A DNA stretch of 64,000 bases from Alphaproteobacteria bacterium (GCA_963555825.3 CAUVXB020000001.1:1696001-1760000), one strand, 5' to 3'; positions 21,547-32,698 are shown, numbered from the stretch's first letter. The notes: a model not told the origin generated them from the letters alone. Numbers and translations: made by a program.

Positions 21547-22241
21547 GGGGCTTACAAAGAAGGGTTGACGGCTGGATCGAATTCCGCCGGTGCTTATGCC
21601 TGCTACTTGACGGGCTTCCTTAGTAGGGACACGGTGCGGGGATGTGGAAATCACCCGCTTTTGTCTTCGCCTTCGCAGGGGTTGTGCTCTTGGTGTCTCT
21701 CCCTGAGGTCCCCTCGCAAATTCGTGCATTGGCGGAGGCTCTGGGCGTGACCGGCGCAGAGTGGCATTGGTGGAACTATGCAGGGGTTCTGCTTGCCCTA
21801 TTCCTCATGCTGCTTTCGTCTTATCCGGCGTGGAAGTGGGTAACCAAGAACGCCAGAATCAGGATTGAGCCGCCACCGTCGCCTCGTGACATCATCCTCC
21901 TCATTACAATAGCCGTCGCGTTTGTGGGGATCGTTGCCCTGTTTCTGACAACCGACTGGTCTAAGCCCATCTACGTGTGGAAACATCCTAAATTGACCTT
22001 AGACGAGCAAATTCAGGTGAAGGCGAAATGTCGGATCGTCGCGTATGACGCGATCGGTGCGGGCCGAGGTGGTCTTAGGGACCCTACTTCCGTAGCCCGA
22101 AGCAATTACGTGAGGGATTGCCTGACCATCAAGGGATTCACATTTATAGAAATCCGAGAAAGCGACGGCCAATCATGAAACCGATCCTCGACCCCAAGCG
22201 CGACCTTGTGCTGGAAATGTCAACCCTTCTTTGTAAGCCCC
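21547..22241 (+). mobile_element. Non-autonomous mobile insertion cassette (IS1595-like ends)
   Basis: Perfect 23-bp IRs GGGGCTTACAAAGAAGGGTTGAC; 8-bp TSD AAAATCAT; empty site at 62861-62868; no transposase. Confidence 0.9.
21642..22178 (+). CDS. Hypothetical membrane protein (cassette passenger)
   Basis: 178 aa, about 3 hydrophobic segments, C-terminal Cys pair (KAKC...RDCLTIKGF). Confidence 0.55.
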   Translation: MWKSPAFVFAFAGVVLLVSLPEVPSQIRALAEALGVTGAEWHWWNYAGVLLALFLMLLSSYPAWKWVTKNARIRIEPPPSPRDIILLITIAVAFVGIVALFLTTDWSKPIYVWKHPKLTLDEQIQVKAKCRIVAYDAIGAGRGGLRDPTSVARSNYVRDCLTIKGFTFIEIRESDGQS

Positions 22242-22465
22242 AAAATCATGCCATCGGATGGCTGCATAGGGGATACAGTTCCCTTGGCGGTGGGAAAGTG
22301 GTACGATTTCCACGAATTTGGATGGTATATGGGGAATGTCGGCTTAGTGTAACCACGCCGGGCTCCTCCCCCCGGCTAGTCTGTGCTACCGTCGGCCCAA
22401 CCCGAGGGGATCATCCACGATATGTCGGATGACGATGAATCGGAATTCAGAATAAGGAGGACATC

Positions 22466-23965
22466 ATGACCAAGCTGGGCATGTTCATTGCAGTGGCCGT
22501 CATCGCGGCCCTGCCGATAACCCTGGCCAATGCGCAAAGCGGGACATTCCGCCAATCCCACGACGTGGGGTTTGGCGAGGACGTTATAGACGTCGACCCG
22601 GCTTCCGGGGGTCGCTTTTGGCAAGTCACCGAGAAGACGATGAGCCGCCTCGTTCGGCCAGGCGAGAGTGGCAAACCGGAGCCAAATCTGGCGACGGAGT
22701 GGTCGTCAAGCGACGACGCGACCGAATGGATCTTCAAGTTGCGTGACGGAGTCAAATTCCACGATGGGTCCGACTTCGACTCGGGCGACGTGGTTTATAC
22801 GTTTGAACACGTCAGAGACCCCGAATTCGATTCGGCGGCCGCGTCGGTCTTCGGGATGGTAGACACGTTCGAGGCGGTTGACCGGTTGACCGTCAAGATG
22901 ACGCTCTCGGCGCCGTACGCGGATCTCCCGTTGCAGCTGATGGATTATCGGATCCGGATGATCCCGGAAGGTTCGGCGGACACCATCGCAACGACGGGAA
23001 TCGGAACCGGGCCGTTTATTCTGGTAACGCTCGATCCTGGAGGGACAACCGTTCTGAAGGCGAATCCCGACTATTGGGAGGGGCCGCCGGGTGTCGCCAC
23101 TATTGAGATCATCGGCATTCCGGATACCCAGGCGCGCGTGCAAGCGTTGCTCGCCGGCCAAATCGACATGCTTGGCTACGGTGATCTGTCGGGACAGCAG
23201 TTGGCGCTCTTCGAGAACAACTCGAAGTTCAAGGTGGAGAGCGTGCCCACGGGTGATTGGCAGGGCATCGTCTTCCGCACCGACGTGGAACCTTACACCG
23301 ACGCCCGCGTCCGCAAGGCGCTGCGCATAGCAACCGACCGTGCGGCCATGGTCGACCTTGTTCTCGGCCCCGGCGGCGGCGTCGTCACCTGTGATCATCC
23401 GGTGTGGTCGGGCGATCAATATCGCGCGCCGTTCGATTGCCCGCAGCAGATCGACGAGGCCAAGCGGCTGCTCGCCGAAGCCGGCTATCCCGACGGCATA
23501 GAAATCGACGTCACCACCAGCGATCTAAGAGCCACCTGGATCGATATTGTGCAAGTCTACCAGCAACAGGTCGCGCAGGCCGGCATCAAGGTCAACCTGG
23601 TGAAGGCCCCGGCGGACGGATATTGGTCGGAAGTCTGGATGAAGGAAGCAGCCGTGACCACGAGCTGGGGGCAGCGGCCCGCCGATCAGATTCTAAACGA
23701 AGACTACCGCGGCGGCGCGACCTGGAACGAAACCTACTGGAACCGTGCCGATTTCGACGGTTTGCTGGACCAGGCGCGGGAGGAGCTCGACTTCGACAAA
23801 CGTAAGGCTCTGTACCATCGACTACAGCAGATACTTTACGAGGAGGGCGGATCGTTCATCCCCTTCCACATCAACCAGGCCGTTGCCGCGACTGCCAGAG
23901 TTTCGGGCCTGCAGGCAGTGTTTGCAGACGCCATCCGCTACCACCTCGTAAATGTGAGCGACTAA
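22466..23965 (+). CDS. ABC transporter substrate-binding protein, family 5 (DppA/OppA-like)
   Basis: Signal peptide; PNLATEW...FKLRDGVKFHDG; GTGPF; AAGGAGG RBS. Confidence 0.9.
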   Translation: MTKLGMFIAVAVIAALPITLANAQSGTFRQSHDVGFGEDVIDVDPASGGRFWQVTEKTMSRLVRPGESGKPEPNLATEWSSSDDATEWIFKLRDGVKFHDGSDFDSGDVVYTFEHVRDPEFDSAAASVFGMVDTFEAVDRLTVKMTLSAPYADLPLQLMDYRIRMIPEGSADTIATTGIGTGPFILVTLDPGGTTVLKANPDYWEGPPGVATIEIIGIPDTQARVQALLAGQIDMLGYGDLSGQQLALFENNSKFKVESVPTGDWQGIVFRTDVEPYTDARVRKALRIATDRAAMVDLVLGPGGGVVTCDHPVWSGDQYRAPFDCPQQIDEAKRLLAEAGYPDGIEIDVTTSDLRATWIDIVQVYQQQVAQAGIKVNLVKAPADGYWSEVWMKEAAVTTSWGQRPADQILNEDYRGGATWNETYWNRADFDGLLDQAREELDFDKRKALYHRLQQILYEEGGSFIPFHINQAVAATARVSGLQAVFADAIRYHLVNVSD

Positions 23966-24570
23966 CCGACGGGAGCGATGCTTAAAGAAGACCAAACCAT
24001 GTGAAGTCCACGTCGATCTTTGGTCCGGGCTCGGGCGGCTGGATGCAAGGCGAGAGCCCTGTGAAGGGTCAGCCGCCCGAGCCTGGGTGAACATCTGCTG
24101 GGGATGTTGCCGGAAACCGAGGCGGAGTCGCTGGCTCATTGCCTCGTGGGTGACAGCGTGCAGAGAAGCATCCACGGCCCCCTGCTCGGAACGAATCATC
24201 GGACTCTTCGCTAACGGGGCGCCTCCAGAGCACCGTACTTCCCACGCTTTTCGAATCGCTGAGACAGCGCCCCGCCTTAGGAGCACTTGGCGCGTTCGAT
24301 AGACAGCTTGAGGAGGACAAGATGAAGATCGTCAGCTACAACATTCGTTTTGGATTGGGCACCGACCACCGAATTGATCTCAAGCGCATCGCCGAAACGG
24401 TGTGCGACGCTGACATCATCGGCCTACAGGAGGTCGAGCGGTTTTGGAAACGGGGCGGCATGCTTGACCAGCCGGACATTATCGGCGGTCATTTGAAGGA
24501 TAGATACTGGGTCTATTGTCCCGCGTTCGACATGGACGCGAGCGAACGCCAAGACAACGGCAGCATTATC

Positions 24571-26211
24571 CCGACATTCCCCAGATGCCCTTCAAATTCA
24601 TGGAAATCATACCACCGTTCCACCACCAAGGGAACGGCATCCCTTCCGCAGCCATCCGATGGCTTGATTCTGGAGATTGGTCCTCGTCCGGAAGGCCATT
24701 ACCCGGATTTTCCGCCATTCAGACAGACCCCTCCTGTCGTTTTCACCTGGCCATCGATTTTCCCGGCCTACACCGGAACGGGTCTTCGTCGTAGATCATC
24801 GATCAGACTCAGGATATTCCGGAACAGTTCCCTCGGCACCGCGACCTCGGCCAATTGGAACGTGACGTAGCGGCCATGGCTGACCACCTTGGCGCCGATC
24901 TTGACCAGCTTCTCCCGTAGCGTGGTCAGCGACCAGTGCTCGATCTCCTTCGGCAAGGCCAGCATCCGCATGAAGTTGGCGAGATTGTAGGCCAGGGCAT
25001 GAAGCTGGAGCCGGACAGCATTGTCGCGGAACTTGCGGCACGACAATCGCGTCCATTTGATCGCGTTCTTGCCTTCCTTGATGTATTGCTCCGCCTTGCC
25101 CCGCTGATTGTAGAACCAAGTCACCCGCTCGGCGGAACGGGACAAGTTGGTGAGGATGAAGCCGACACGGGGAACCAGTTCACCGGGATGCCATTCAACC
25201 TTGGCCACGACACGACGCTTTCTGTCCCAACTTCCAGCCCGGTAGCTGAAGCTGGCGTAATAGCGCCGCACATGGTTGGGCGGACGACCGACGGGGCGGG
25301 TCAGCAGGTGGGCAATGCTTTCCTGAAGAATTTGGTTCTTCGGCAACCGGATCGCGTAGAGAAAACCCTCACTTTCCAGGAACTCGTAGATGTCCGGTGC
25401 GGCAAAGGCGGCGTCCCCTCGGAAGTAGCGGCGCAGGTTCCGTTCCCGATAACGCTCAACGACCGGTTCCAGAACCTCACGCCAACCGTCGGCACTGTGG
25501 ACATTGCCGGGGCGAAGGGAACACCGCTCCAGATCGCCGAACTGGTTGAACAGGAATAGTGGATGGTAGCAGGTGCAGCCGAAGTGACCATTGTACGCCG
25601 CTCCCTCTTGTTCGCCATGGGTCGGGCTGACGCTTGAGTCCATGTCGAGGATGATCATCTTCGGTGGGCGGCGGTCATGAACCTTGTCGATCCACGCCCC
25701 GTTCATCCCAGCCAGGACTTCGATGTTCGCATCGGTCGCCAGAAGCTCCGTCTCGAACCGCCCCATCTGGCTGGTGGACGCGGCCTGTCTGTCCACGGCC
25801 TTGCCACCAACAATCCACCGCATGGCGGGATCACGTCCGAGACGGTCGGCGTCGTTTACGTCCTCATAACCACCAAGGCGACCAAACACCGACTGACGGA
25901 ACTGCCCCGTCATGCCGTGCCATCCGTTCTTGCCGGTACGGCTGTCCTGAAAAATATCCCCGGCAACCTCGGTCAGGCCAAGGGCATCATCAAGCTCCCG
26001 ATAGACCAGCAACCCGCCGTCGGAAGTGATCTGGGAGCCGTGAAATTCGAGCTTCAGGCGGCGGTCGAAATCGACCCGAAGGCCGTCCCGTTTCGATTCA
26101 CCCATCGGGTGTGCCATGCAAACCACTCCATCAACGCCTCAACATATTGATTCTTATAGCAGAATCTCCATCTCAGGGCATCGAATATCGAGTTCACTTG
26201 GGAAATGGGGG
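24571..26211 (-). mobile_element. IS1380 element with intact transposase ORF (24768-26117)
   Basis: Ends CCCCCATTTCCCAAG and GGGGAATGTCGG; TSD TTATC; uninterrupted ORF containing CTCYHPL. Confidence 0.95.
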
Positions 26212-26849
26212 TTATCAACAGACGCCGGCAATTCGGACCCATGGTGCTTTCCCGCTGGCCGATTCTCGCGTCTCGCCTCATCGTGTTTCCAAAACTGGGA
26301 ACGCTGAAGCACTTCAATATGGACACTGGCGGAATCGAATGTGTGGTCGACGCGCCCTCGGGGCCTATGAGGATCTATTCGATCCATCTTTCTGCGGCCT
26401 CCCCCCGCGATCGGCTGCTGCAAATCGACTACCTGCTCGCATGGCACCGGCACGCGTGGTCGAACGGGGGCGCCTGGACGGGCAGCAAGATTATCGACAT
26501 CATGGACGGGTACGAGGACTTCTTCTGTTTCGAGTGGTCCGACGGCAAGCCCCAGCCACCGATGCCCGACGCAACAATCGTGATGGGTGATTTCAACAGC
26601 GAGCCCGAAAGCGAGGAATTTCAGCGGATGGTTGGCACCTTTCACCCGCTCTACGGTCACGTAGATCATTTGGACGGCTTCGTCGATAGCTGGACGGTCG
26701 CGGGAGAGCGGTCTGGCGATGACGACTGCATCACCTGGTGGCCCGATCCGCCAGGCCGCTCCCCCGGCCATGGTCTGAGGCTGGATTATTGCTTTGTCAG
26801 TCCTGATTTGGGGCACACGGTCAAGCGTGCATGGGTCGACAGTTCTGTG

Positions 26850-28269
26850 TGAGTCGGACCCGATTTCCTTGGACACAGAATTGGCTTAATCGAAGTGTCC
26901 AAGGAGGACCGGAACATGACCGACAATTTTGAGAACAAAGTTGCTGTTGATGGGCCTGTGGTAAACGAGGGCGAGCTTGGCTCGTCCACGTTTTCCCCGG
27001 GCCAGGTTTCGCCGGCAGGCCCGCTGGGACTTGGCCAGCGGTGGACGGTGACGCGCAAGCGTGAGGTTGCCCTGCGGCTTTTGCGTGGCGAGCCGGTGGA
27101 ACTTTTGTCGCGGCAGTTGGGCGTGGAGATTTTCCGGCTCGAGCAGTGGCGTGAGAAGGCGATCGCCGGGATCGATGCCTCGCTCAAGGAACGCAAGGGC
27201 GATCCGGTGAAGGCGGAACTGGACATCGCCATGAAGCGGATCGGGGAGTTGATCATGCAGGTGGAACTGCTGGAGGCCAAGACGGAGACGTCCGGCCCTT
27301 TGGGGCGGCGGAGGTCGCGGCGATGAGTGCCGCCACCTCTCCCGGCACGGGTTTGGCCTACGGCCTCCAGCGGGTCTGTGCGGCCTGGGGTTTTGCCCGT
27401 TCCTCGTTCTACGCCATGAAATCCCGGCAGCAGGCCACCGCTGAGCGCCCACCAGCAAAGCGCCGGGGACCGAAGCCCTCGATCTCGGACGAGGCTCTGC
27501 TGGTGGCCATCGAGGCCGACCTGGAGGCATCCCCCTGGGAGGGCGAGGGACACCGCAAGGTCTGGGCTCGGCTTCGGGTCTGTCGTGGCATCCGTGTTTC
27601 CCGCAAGCGGGGGCTCCGGGTGATGCGCGAGAACAACCTGCTCTCGCCCCATCGCTGCCGCCGCCGTGGCGGAAATCCCCATGTCGGTGAGATCATCACC
27701 CATGCCCCCAACCTCATGTGGGGCACGGACGGCGTTCGGGTGTTCACGGTGGACGACGGCTGGGGCTGGATATTCACCGCCATCGAGCATTGGAACGCCG
27801 AGTGCGTCGGCTGGCATGTGTGCAAGCGAGGCGACCGCTTCGCCGCCCTTCAGCCGATCTCCATGGGGCTTGCGAGGCTGTATGCCTCGACCTCCGCCGG
27901 TGCGGCGCGGGGGCTGGCCTTGCGGATGGATCACGGCTCCCAGTATCTGTCGGACCACTTCACCAACCAGATCAAGTTCTGGGGCATCCAGCCGTCCTAC
28001 GCCTTCGTCGAACAGCCCCAGACCAACGGCGTCGCCGAGAGGTTCAATCGCACGCTCAAGGAACAGATCATCCATGGCCGCATCTACCGCAACATCGCGG
28101 AGCTGCGGAACGCCGTCCGCGGGTTCGTCGAACAGTACAATGCCCAGTGGATCGTGGAGAAGAACGGCTACCTGAGCCCCGCTCAAGCTCGTCAGGCGTG
28201 GCACACCGCGATGTCACTCAGGCCCGCCGCATGAGACAAACTTGTGTCCAAGGAACCGGGTGCGATACA
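26850..28269 (+). mobile_element. IS3/IS481-like element (orfA 26895-27326, orfB 27323-28234)
   Basis: TG...CA ends with IR core TTCCTTGGACAC; orfB has WGTD, RMDHGSQY and NGVAERFNRTLKE; 15-bp direct repeat GTCGACAGTTCTGTG flanks it. Confidence 0.9.
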
Positions 28270-28568
28270 GTCGACAGTTCTGTGGAAGGCTCGGATCATC
28301 GGCCTTACTGGGTTGAACTGGATCTGTAGATCGTTCGAGGTTAGCGTCCAATGCTTTCATATCTTCGAGCATCGTCGACTGGTCTACCGGGCAACCGGAT
28401 CGTCCAAGATATGACCCGCAGGTCGTCAAAGCCCGGCAGGCCGTCAAATCAAACGGTTTGCCGGCGCGAAATCTGCGTTCGGTCAGAGCAAAAGTACGCT
28501 CGGACAGATACTGGGGCCACTAAGTGCGCGCCCGGCCCGACAGCCGCAAGCCGTGAACAGGGGTCCAA

Positions 28569-29519
28569 ATGGTTAGGCTAATTGCTCGCAGGTTGGCACT
28601 CGGCATTTTGACGATCGTGCTTGTCTCGGGCATTATCTTCGTGGGTGTCGAGCTGCTGCCCGGCGATTCCTGCACCGCCTATCTCGGGCGGGCGGCCCAG
28701 GGAACGAGGCTGGAGAATTGTCGCCGGGATTTTGGGCTCGAACGTCCCGCCCTGACACGCTATGTCGAATGGGTCCTCGGCGCGGTCCAAGGCGATTTCG
28801 GCGTCTCCCTCAAGCGCAAGACGCCGATTTCCGAAACCGTTGGCACGCGTTTCCGCAATACGGTCGTCCTCGGCGTTACCGCGTCGTTGGTCGGCGTTCC
28901 CCTTGCTATCCTGCTTGGAATTTTCGCGGCCCTGTGGCGAGATCGCCCTCCCGATCTGTGGGTATCCACCACGGCGATCTTCGCCATGACGATCCCGGAG
29001 TTTGTGACCTCCACGGTTTTAATCTTGATCTTCAGCGTCTGGCTCGGATGGCTCCCCGGAATCGTAACGACACCACCCGACGCGCCGCTATTTGAGTTCC
29101 TGTCGGACATCATACTACCGATCATCGCGCTCGCCCTTGTCATGACGGCGCACATATTGCGCATGGTCCGCACCAGCGTGATCGACGTGATGGCAAGCGA
29201 CTACGTCCAGATGGCGCAACTGAAGGGTGTTCCCTACTGGCAGATAGTGTTCAGGCACGTACTGCCGAACGCCCTGTTGCCGACGATCAACCTTGTCGCC
29301 TTGACAATTGCATGGCTGTTGGGGGGCACCGTCGTCATCGAGGTGGTGTTCAACTATCCCGGACTCGGTCGATTGATGATCCAAGCCATATACTTCCGTG
29401 ACCTCGTGACGGTGCAGGCGATCGCCCTGATCCTGGCGACCCTATACGTCGGCCTGAACCTCTTCGCCGACTTGTTGACTCTTGTGGCAAATCCAAGGCT
29501 TAGGACAATGAAAACCTAG
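28569..29519 (+). CDS. Peptide/nickel-type ABC transporter permease (DppB-like)
   Basis: GDFGVS; EAA loop DYVQMAQLKG; IEVVFNYPGLG. Confidence 0.9.
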   Translation: MVRLIARRLALGILTIVLVSGIIFVGVELLPGDSCTAYLGRAAQGTRLENCRRDFGLERPALTRYVEWVLGAVQGDFGVSLKRKTPISETVGTRFRNTVVLGVTASLVGVPLAILLGIFAALWRDRPPDLWVSTTAIFAMTIPEFVTSTVLILIFSVWLGWLPGIVTTPPDAPLFEFLSDIILPIIALALVMTAHILRMVRTSVIDVMASDYVQMAQLKGVPYWQIVFRHVLPNALLPTINLVALTIAWLLGGTVVIEVVFNYPGLGRLMIQAIYFRDLVTVQAIALILATLYVGLNLFADLLTLVANPRLRTMKT

Positions 29520-29524
29520 CGACC

Positions 29525-30421
29525 ATGACAGTGACGACAAACATAGAGCCCGTCAAACCGAAGAGTGTGTTCGTCAGGTTGCTGACTGTCCTGTTGGCGG
29601 TGGTCTCTCGGCCTTCTGGCCTCGTGGGTCTCATTCTCGTGGCTTTCCACATCGTCCTGGCGATCGTGTCGCCGGCGATCGCGCCGTACGATTTCAAGGA
29701 GATCAGCGCTCAGCTCATCCTCGATGAGCCCTCCTCCGAGCACTGGTTTGGCACTGATAACCTTGGACGCGACGTCTTCACGCGCACCCTGCTCGGGGGT
29801 AGACAGGCGTTACTCGTGACATCCATTTCCACGGTCCTCGCCATTGCCTGGGGTGGATTGTTGGGCGTTCTGCTGGGCCTCGTCGGCGGGCGGCTCGACG
29901 AGCTCCTGATGCGTCTCGTCGATGCCTTTCTCTCCCTGCCATGGATCCTGGTCTTACTCTTAATCGTTGTCATGGTCGGTTTCAGCCCCGGCGTGCTGAT
30001 TCTCACCCTGGGATTCTTCTACGGCATCCCGGTGATACGGATGGCGCGCGCGGCGACGCATGATGTGGTGGCCCTCGACTTCGTGACGGCTGCCCGAGCG
30101 CGAGGCGAGAGCCGGTCCACGATTGTCGTGCGCGAGCTCTTGCCCAACGTGCTCGACGTCCTGCTGGTCGAAGGCGCCATGCGTTGGTCATGGATGTTGC
30201 TGGCGTTCAGTTCGCTGTCGTTTCTCGGGTTCGGCGTCACTCCGCCCACGCCGGATTGGGGCCTGATGATTTCCGATGCGCGAAGCATCATGTCGTACGC
30301 GCCGTGGACGGCGCTGGCCCCCGTCGTTGCGCTCAGCTCGCTGATTATCGGGATCAACTTGAGCGCCGACGCGCTCGCCAAGGCCTTGGGTATCGATCGA
30401 GCCCAAAAGGCGCCGGTCTAG
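29525..30421 (+). CDS. Peptide/nickel-type ABC transporter permease (DppC-like)
   Basis: HWFGTDNLGRD; DFVTAARARGES; LSFLGFG...PDWGLMI. Confidence 0.9.
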   Translation: MTVTTNIEPVKPKSVFVRLLTVLLAVVSRPSGLVGLILVAFHIVLAIVSPAIAPYDFKEISAQLILDEPSSEHWFGTDNLGRDVFTRTLLGGRQALLVTSISTVLAIAWGGLLGVLLGLVGGRLDELLMRLVDAFLSLPWILVLLLIVVMVGFSPGVLILTLGFFYGIPVIRMARAATHDVVALDFVTAARARGESRSTIVVRELLPNVLDVLLVEGAMRWSWMLLAFSSLSFLGFGVTPPTPDWGLMISDARSIMSYAPWTALAPVVALSSLIIGINLSADALAKALGIDRAQKAPV

Positions 30422-30429
30422 AGTCCGCG

Positions 30430-32481
30430 ATGGACGATCCACTGGTCGAAGTGGAAAACCTCTGTGTTGGCTTTACCAGCCAGGCGGAGGTCACGCTGCC
30501 GATCCTGCGGAACATCGATCTGACGTTCGGCAAGGGCGAGACGGTTGGACTGGTTGGGGAGTCGGGCTGCGGCAAGAGCACCCTGGCTCTGGCCATGATG
30601 GGCTACCTGAAACCCGGTCTGCGCGTGTTGGAAGGCGAATCCCTATTTCGGGGGCGCAATGTGTTCGACATGGACGAGAGTGCTCTCGAAGGCATTCGCG
30701 GCGGCGATCTCGCCCTGATTCCACAGAATGCCGGCCAGTCGTTGACGCCGACTTCGAGGATCGGCCGGCAGATCGACGAGGCGGTGAAACTGCACACCAG
30801 GCTGGCAATAGAGCAGCGGCGTGAACGCGTTATCGAATTGTTGCTGCAGGTGCGGTTGCCCCAACCGGAGGACATGCTGAAGCGCTATCCCCACGAGCTC
30901 TCGGGCGGTCAGCAACAGCGCGTCGCCATCGCCATGGCGTTGGCGGGCGAGCCCAAGGTTCTGTTGCTCGACGAGCCGACGACCGGCCTCGACGTGACCA
31001 CTCAAGCCCACATCCTCGAGTTGTTGCGCGATTTGGCGGCCGAGACCGGGACTGCGATGGTCTATGTCAGCCATGACCTGGGCGCCATTGCGCGGGTCAG
31101 CGACCGTATCGCCGTCATGTATGCCGGGGAACTCGTTCTCGAGGGTCCAGCGCGCCGGGTGTTGAAGCAGCCCGCGCATCCCTATGCCCGCGGGCTGCTC
31201 ATGTCGATTCCCAGGTTGAAGGAGGCGGTTGTGCCCGCCTCGATGCCGGGACGGCCTCCGCCTCCCGGCGGGGCTGGCCAGGGATGCGGCTTTGCCGACC
31301 GCTGTCCCATGGCGGAGCAACGCTGCCGGGACGAAAGACCGGCGCTGGAACCCACCGCCGTCCATGAAATTGTGCGCTGCCATTTCCACGAACGGGTCGA
31401 GCAACTCCCACCACCGGAACCGCCGAAACGGCCCGACCGATCGAGCCTGGACGAAACGGACAGCATCCTTCGACTCGATAACGTGTCTATCAGCTATGCC
31501 AAGCCCGGCATCGTTGACCAGATTCTGGGCCGGCAACCCGATGTGACGCCAACCATCGACAAGATCGATTTGACAATTCGCCGAGGGGAGACCGTCGGGC
31601 TGGTGGGCGAATCCGGAAGCGGCAAGTCGACGATCCTTCGGGCCATTGCCGGCCTATTGCCGCTGCGCGACGGAACCATCACCTATGATGGAACGAATAG
31701 TCTCAATGCGCCGGTCGATGAGCGGGCGAAGGATCTCCTGAGACGGGTTCAGCTCATCTTCCAAAACCCGGATGCGTCCCTCAATCCGCGTCATACGGTG
31801 GCCGAAATCCTGGCGCTGCCGCTGCGGCTCTATTTCGGTCTTAATGGTGACGAGTTGCACGCGCGCAGCGTCTCGCTGTTGGATCAGGTGCGCTTGCGCG
31901 CAGACTATCTCGAGCGCCTGCCGAGCCAGTTGTCCGGCGGCGAGAAGCAGCGTGTCGCCGTGGCCCGGGCCTTCGCCGCCGAGCCCGAACTGGTGCTGTG
32001 CGACGAGGTGACGTCGGCTCTCGATGTTTCGGTTCAGGCCGCCGTCCTCGACCTGTTGACCCAGCTTCAGGCCGATCGAGGGACGACCTATCTTTTTGTC
32101 TCCCATGACTTGGCGGTGGTCCGTGCCTTGGCCGATCGCGTGGCGGTGCTCTACCAGGGCCGGCTGTGCGAAATCGGCCCCTCGCCGGCAGTCTATCGCC
32201 TGCCCTCCCATCCCTACACCGAAGTGCTGATCGGCGCGGTATTGGAGCCCGATCCAGACACCAAGCCGACCTTGGCCGCCGAGGACACGGTGGACCTCTT
32301 CCCGCCAGCCAGGGGCTGCCCATTTCAACGCCGCTGCCCACGGCGCATTGGCACGATCTGCGACACGGAGATACCGCCCTGGCAGCCCACGGAGTCTGGC
32401 CACGCGATCCGCTGTCACATTCCCTTGAATGAGTTGCATGGTGCGCAGGAGAAGGCATCGAACGCAGTCGCCGCCAAGTAA
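30430..32481 (+). CDS. Fused double ABC ATPase (DppD-DppF)
   Basis: Two Walker A (GESGCGKS, GESGSGKS), two LSGG signatures and two HPY/Cys-rich tails. Confidence 0.92.
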   Translation: MDDPLVEVENLCVGFTSQAEVTLPILRNIDLTFGKGETVGLVGESGCGKSTLALAMMGYLKPGLRVLEGESLFRGRNVFDMDESALEGIRGGDLALIPQNAGQSLTPTSRIGRQIDEAVKLHTRLAIEQRRERVIELLLQVRLPQPEDMLKRYPHELSGGQQQRVAIAMALAGEPKVLLLDEPTTGLDVTTQAHILELLRDLAAETGTAMVYVSHDLGAIARVSDRIAVMYAGELVLEGPARRVLKQPAHPYARGLLMSIPRLKEAVVPASMPGRPPPPGGAGQGCGFADRCPMAEQRCRDERPALEPTAVHEIVRCHFHERVEQLPPPEPPKRPDRSSLDETDSILRLDNVSISYAKPGIVDQILGRQPDVTPTIDKIDLTIRRGETVGLVGESGSGKSTILRAIAGLLPLRDGTITYDGTNSLNAPVDERAKDLLRRVQLIFQNPDASLNPRHTVAEILALPLRLYFGLNGDELHARSVSLLDQVRLRADYLERLPSQLSGGEKQRVAVARAFAAEPELVLCDEVTSALDVSVQAAVLDLLTQLQADRGTTYLFVSHDLAVVRALADRVAVLYQGRLCEIGPSPAVYRLPSHPYTEVLIGAVLEPDPDTKPTLAAEDTVDLFPPARGCPFQRRCPRRIGTICDTEIPPWQPTESGHAIRCHIPLNELHGAQEKASNAVAAK

Positions 32482-32698
32482 GCGTAGGCCAGGCTATCAA
32501 CCGGGGATGTGTTGCAACAGCCCCCCTGGATTTCCGTATTCGCTTATTGAACCGCACACCCCGCTGAATGTCCGAGATGGGTCAACGGACTAAACCGCTC
32601 TCGCGGTAGTTTTAGCGACAGGTGGGGCGGTCTTCGGGGTAACGGGGCGGGTCTGTCCTGTGTTGAGATTTGGGGTTTCGAACCTCACTCAAGACAGG

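Larger units (their letters stand above)
18817..22342 (+). mobile_element. IS1380 copy (amber-mutant transposase) carrying nested IS630 and a 695-bp cassette
   Basis: Ends CCCGCATTTCCCAAG and GGGGAATGTCGG; 5-bp TSD CTTAG; near-identical to 61320-62961 once both inserts are removed. Confidence 0.95.
24322..28329 (+). pseudogene. Endonuclease/exonuclease/phosphatase (EEP) hydrolase split in three (24322-24570, 26217-26849, 28285-28329)
   Basis: SYNI, GLQEV, MGDFN, RLDYCFV and SDH motifs rejoin in frame when IS1380 and the IS3-like element are removed. Confidence 0.9.

Noticed and set aside
23966-24310. Long spacer between the binding-protein and EEP genes; possible IS scar or ncRNA
   Set aside because: No recognisable IRs, ORF homology or stable structure by eye.
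32570-32698. Possible left end of another IS cut by IS21 (hairpin TTGAG...CTCAA)
   Set aside because: No partner IR or transposase sequence to confirm it.
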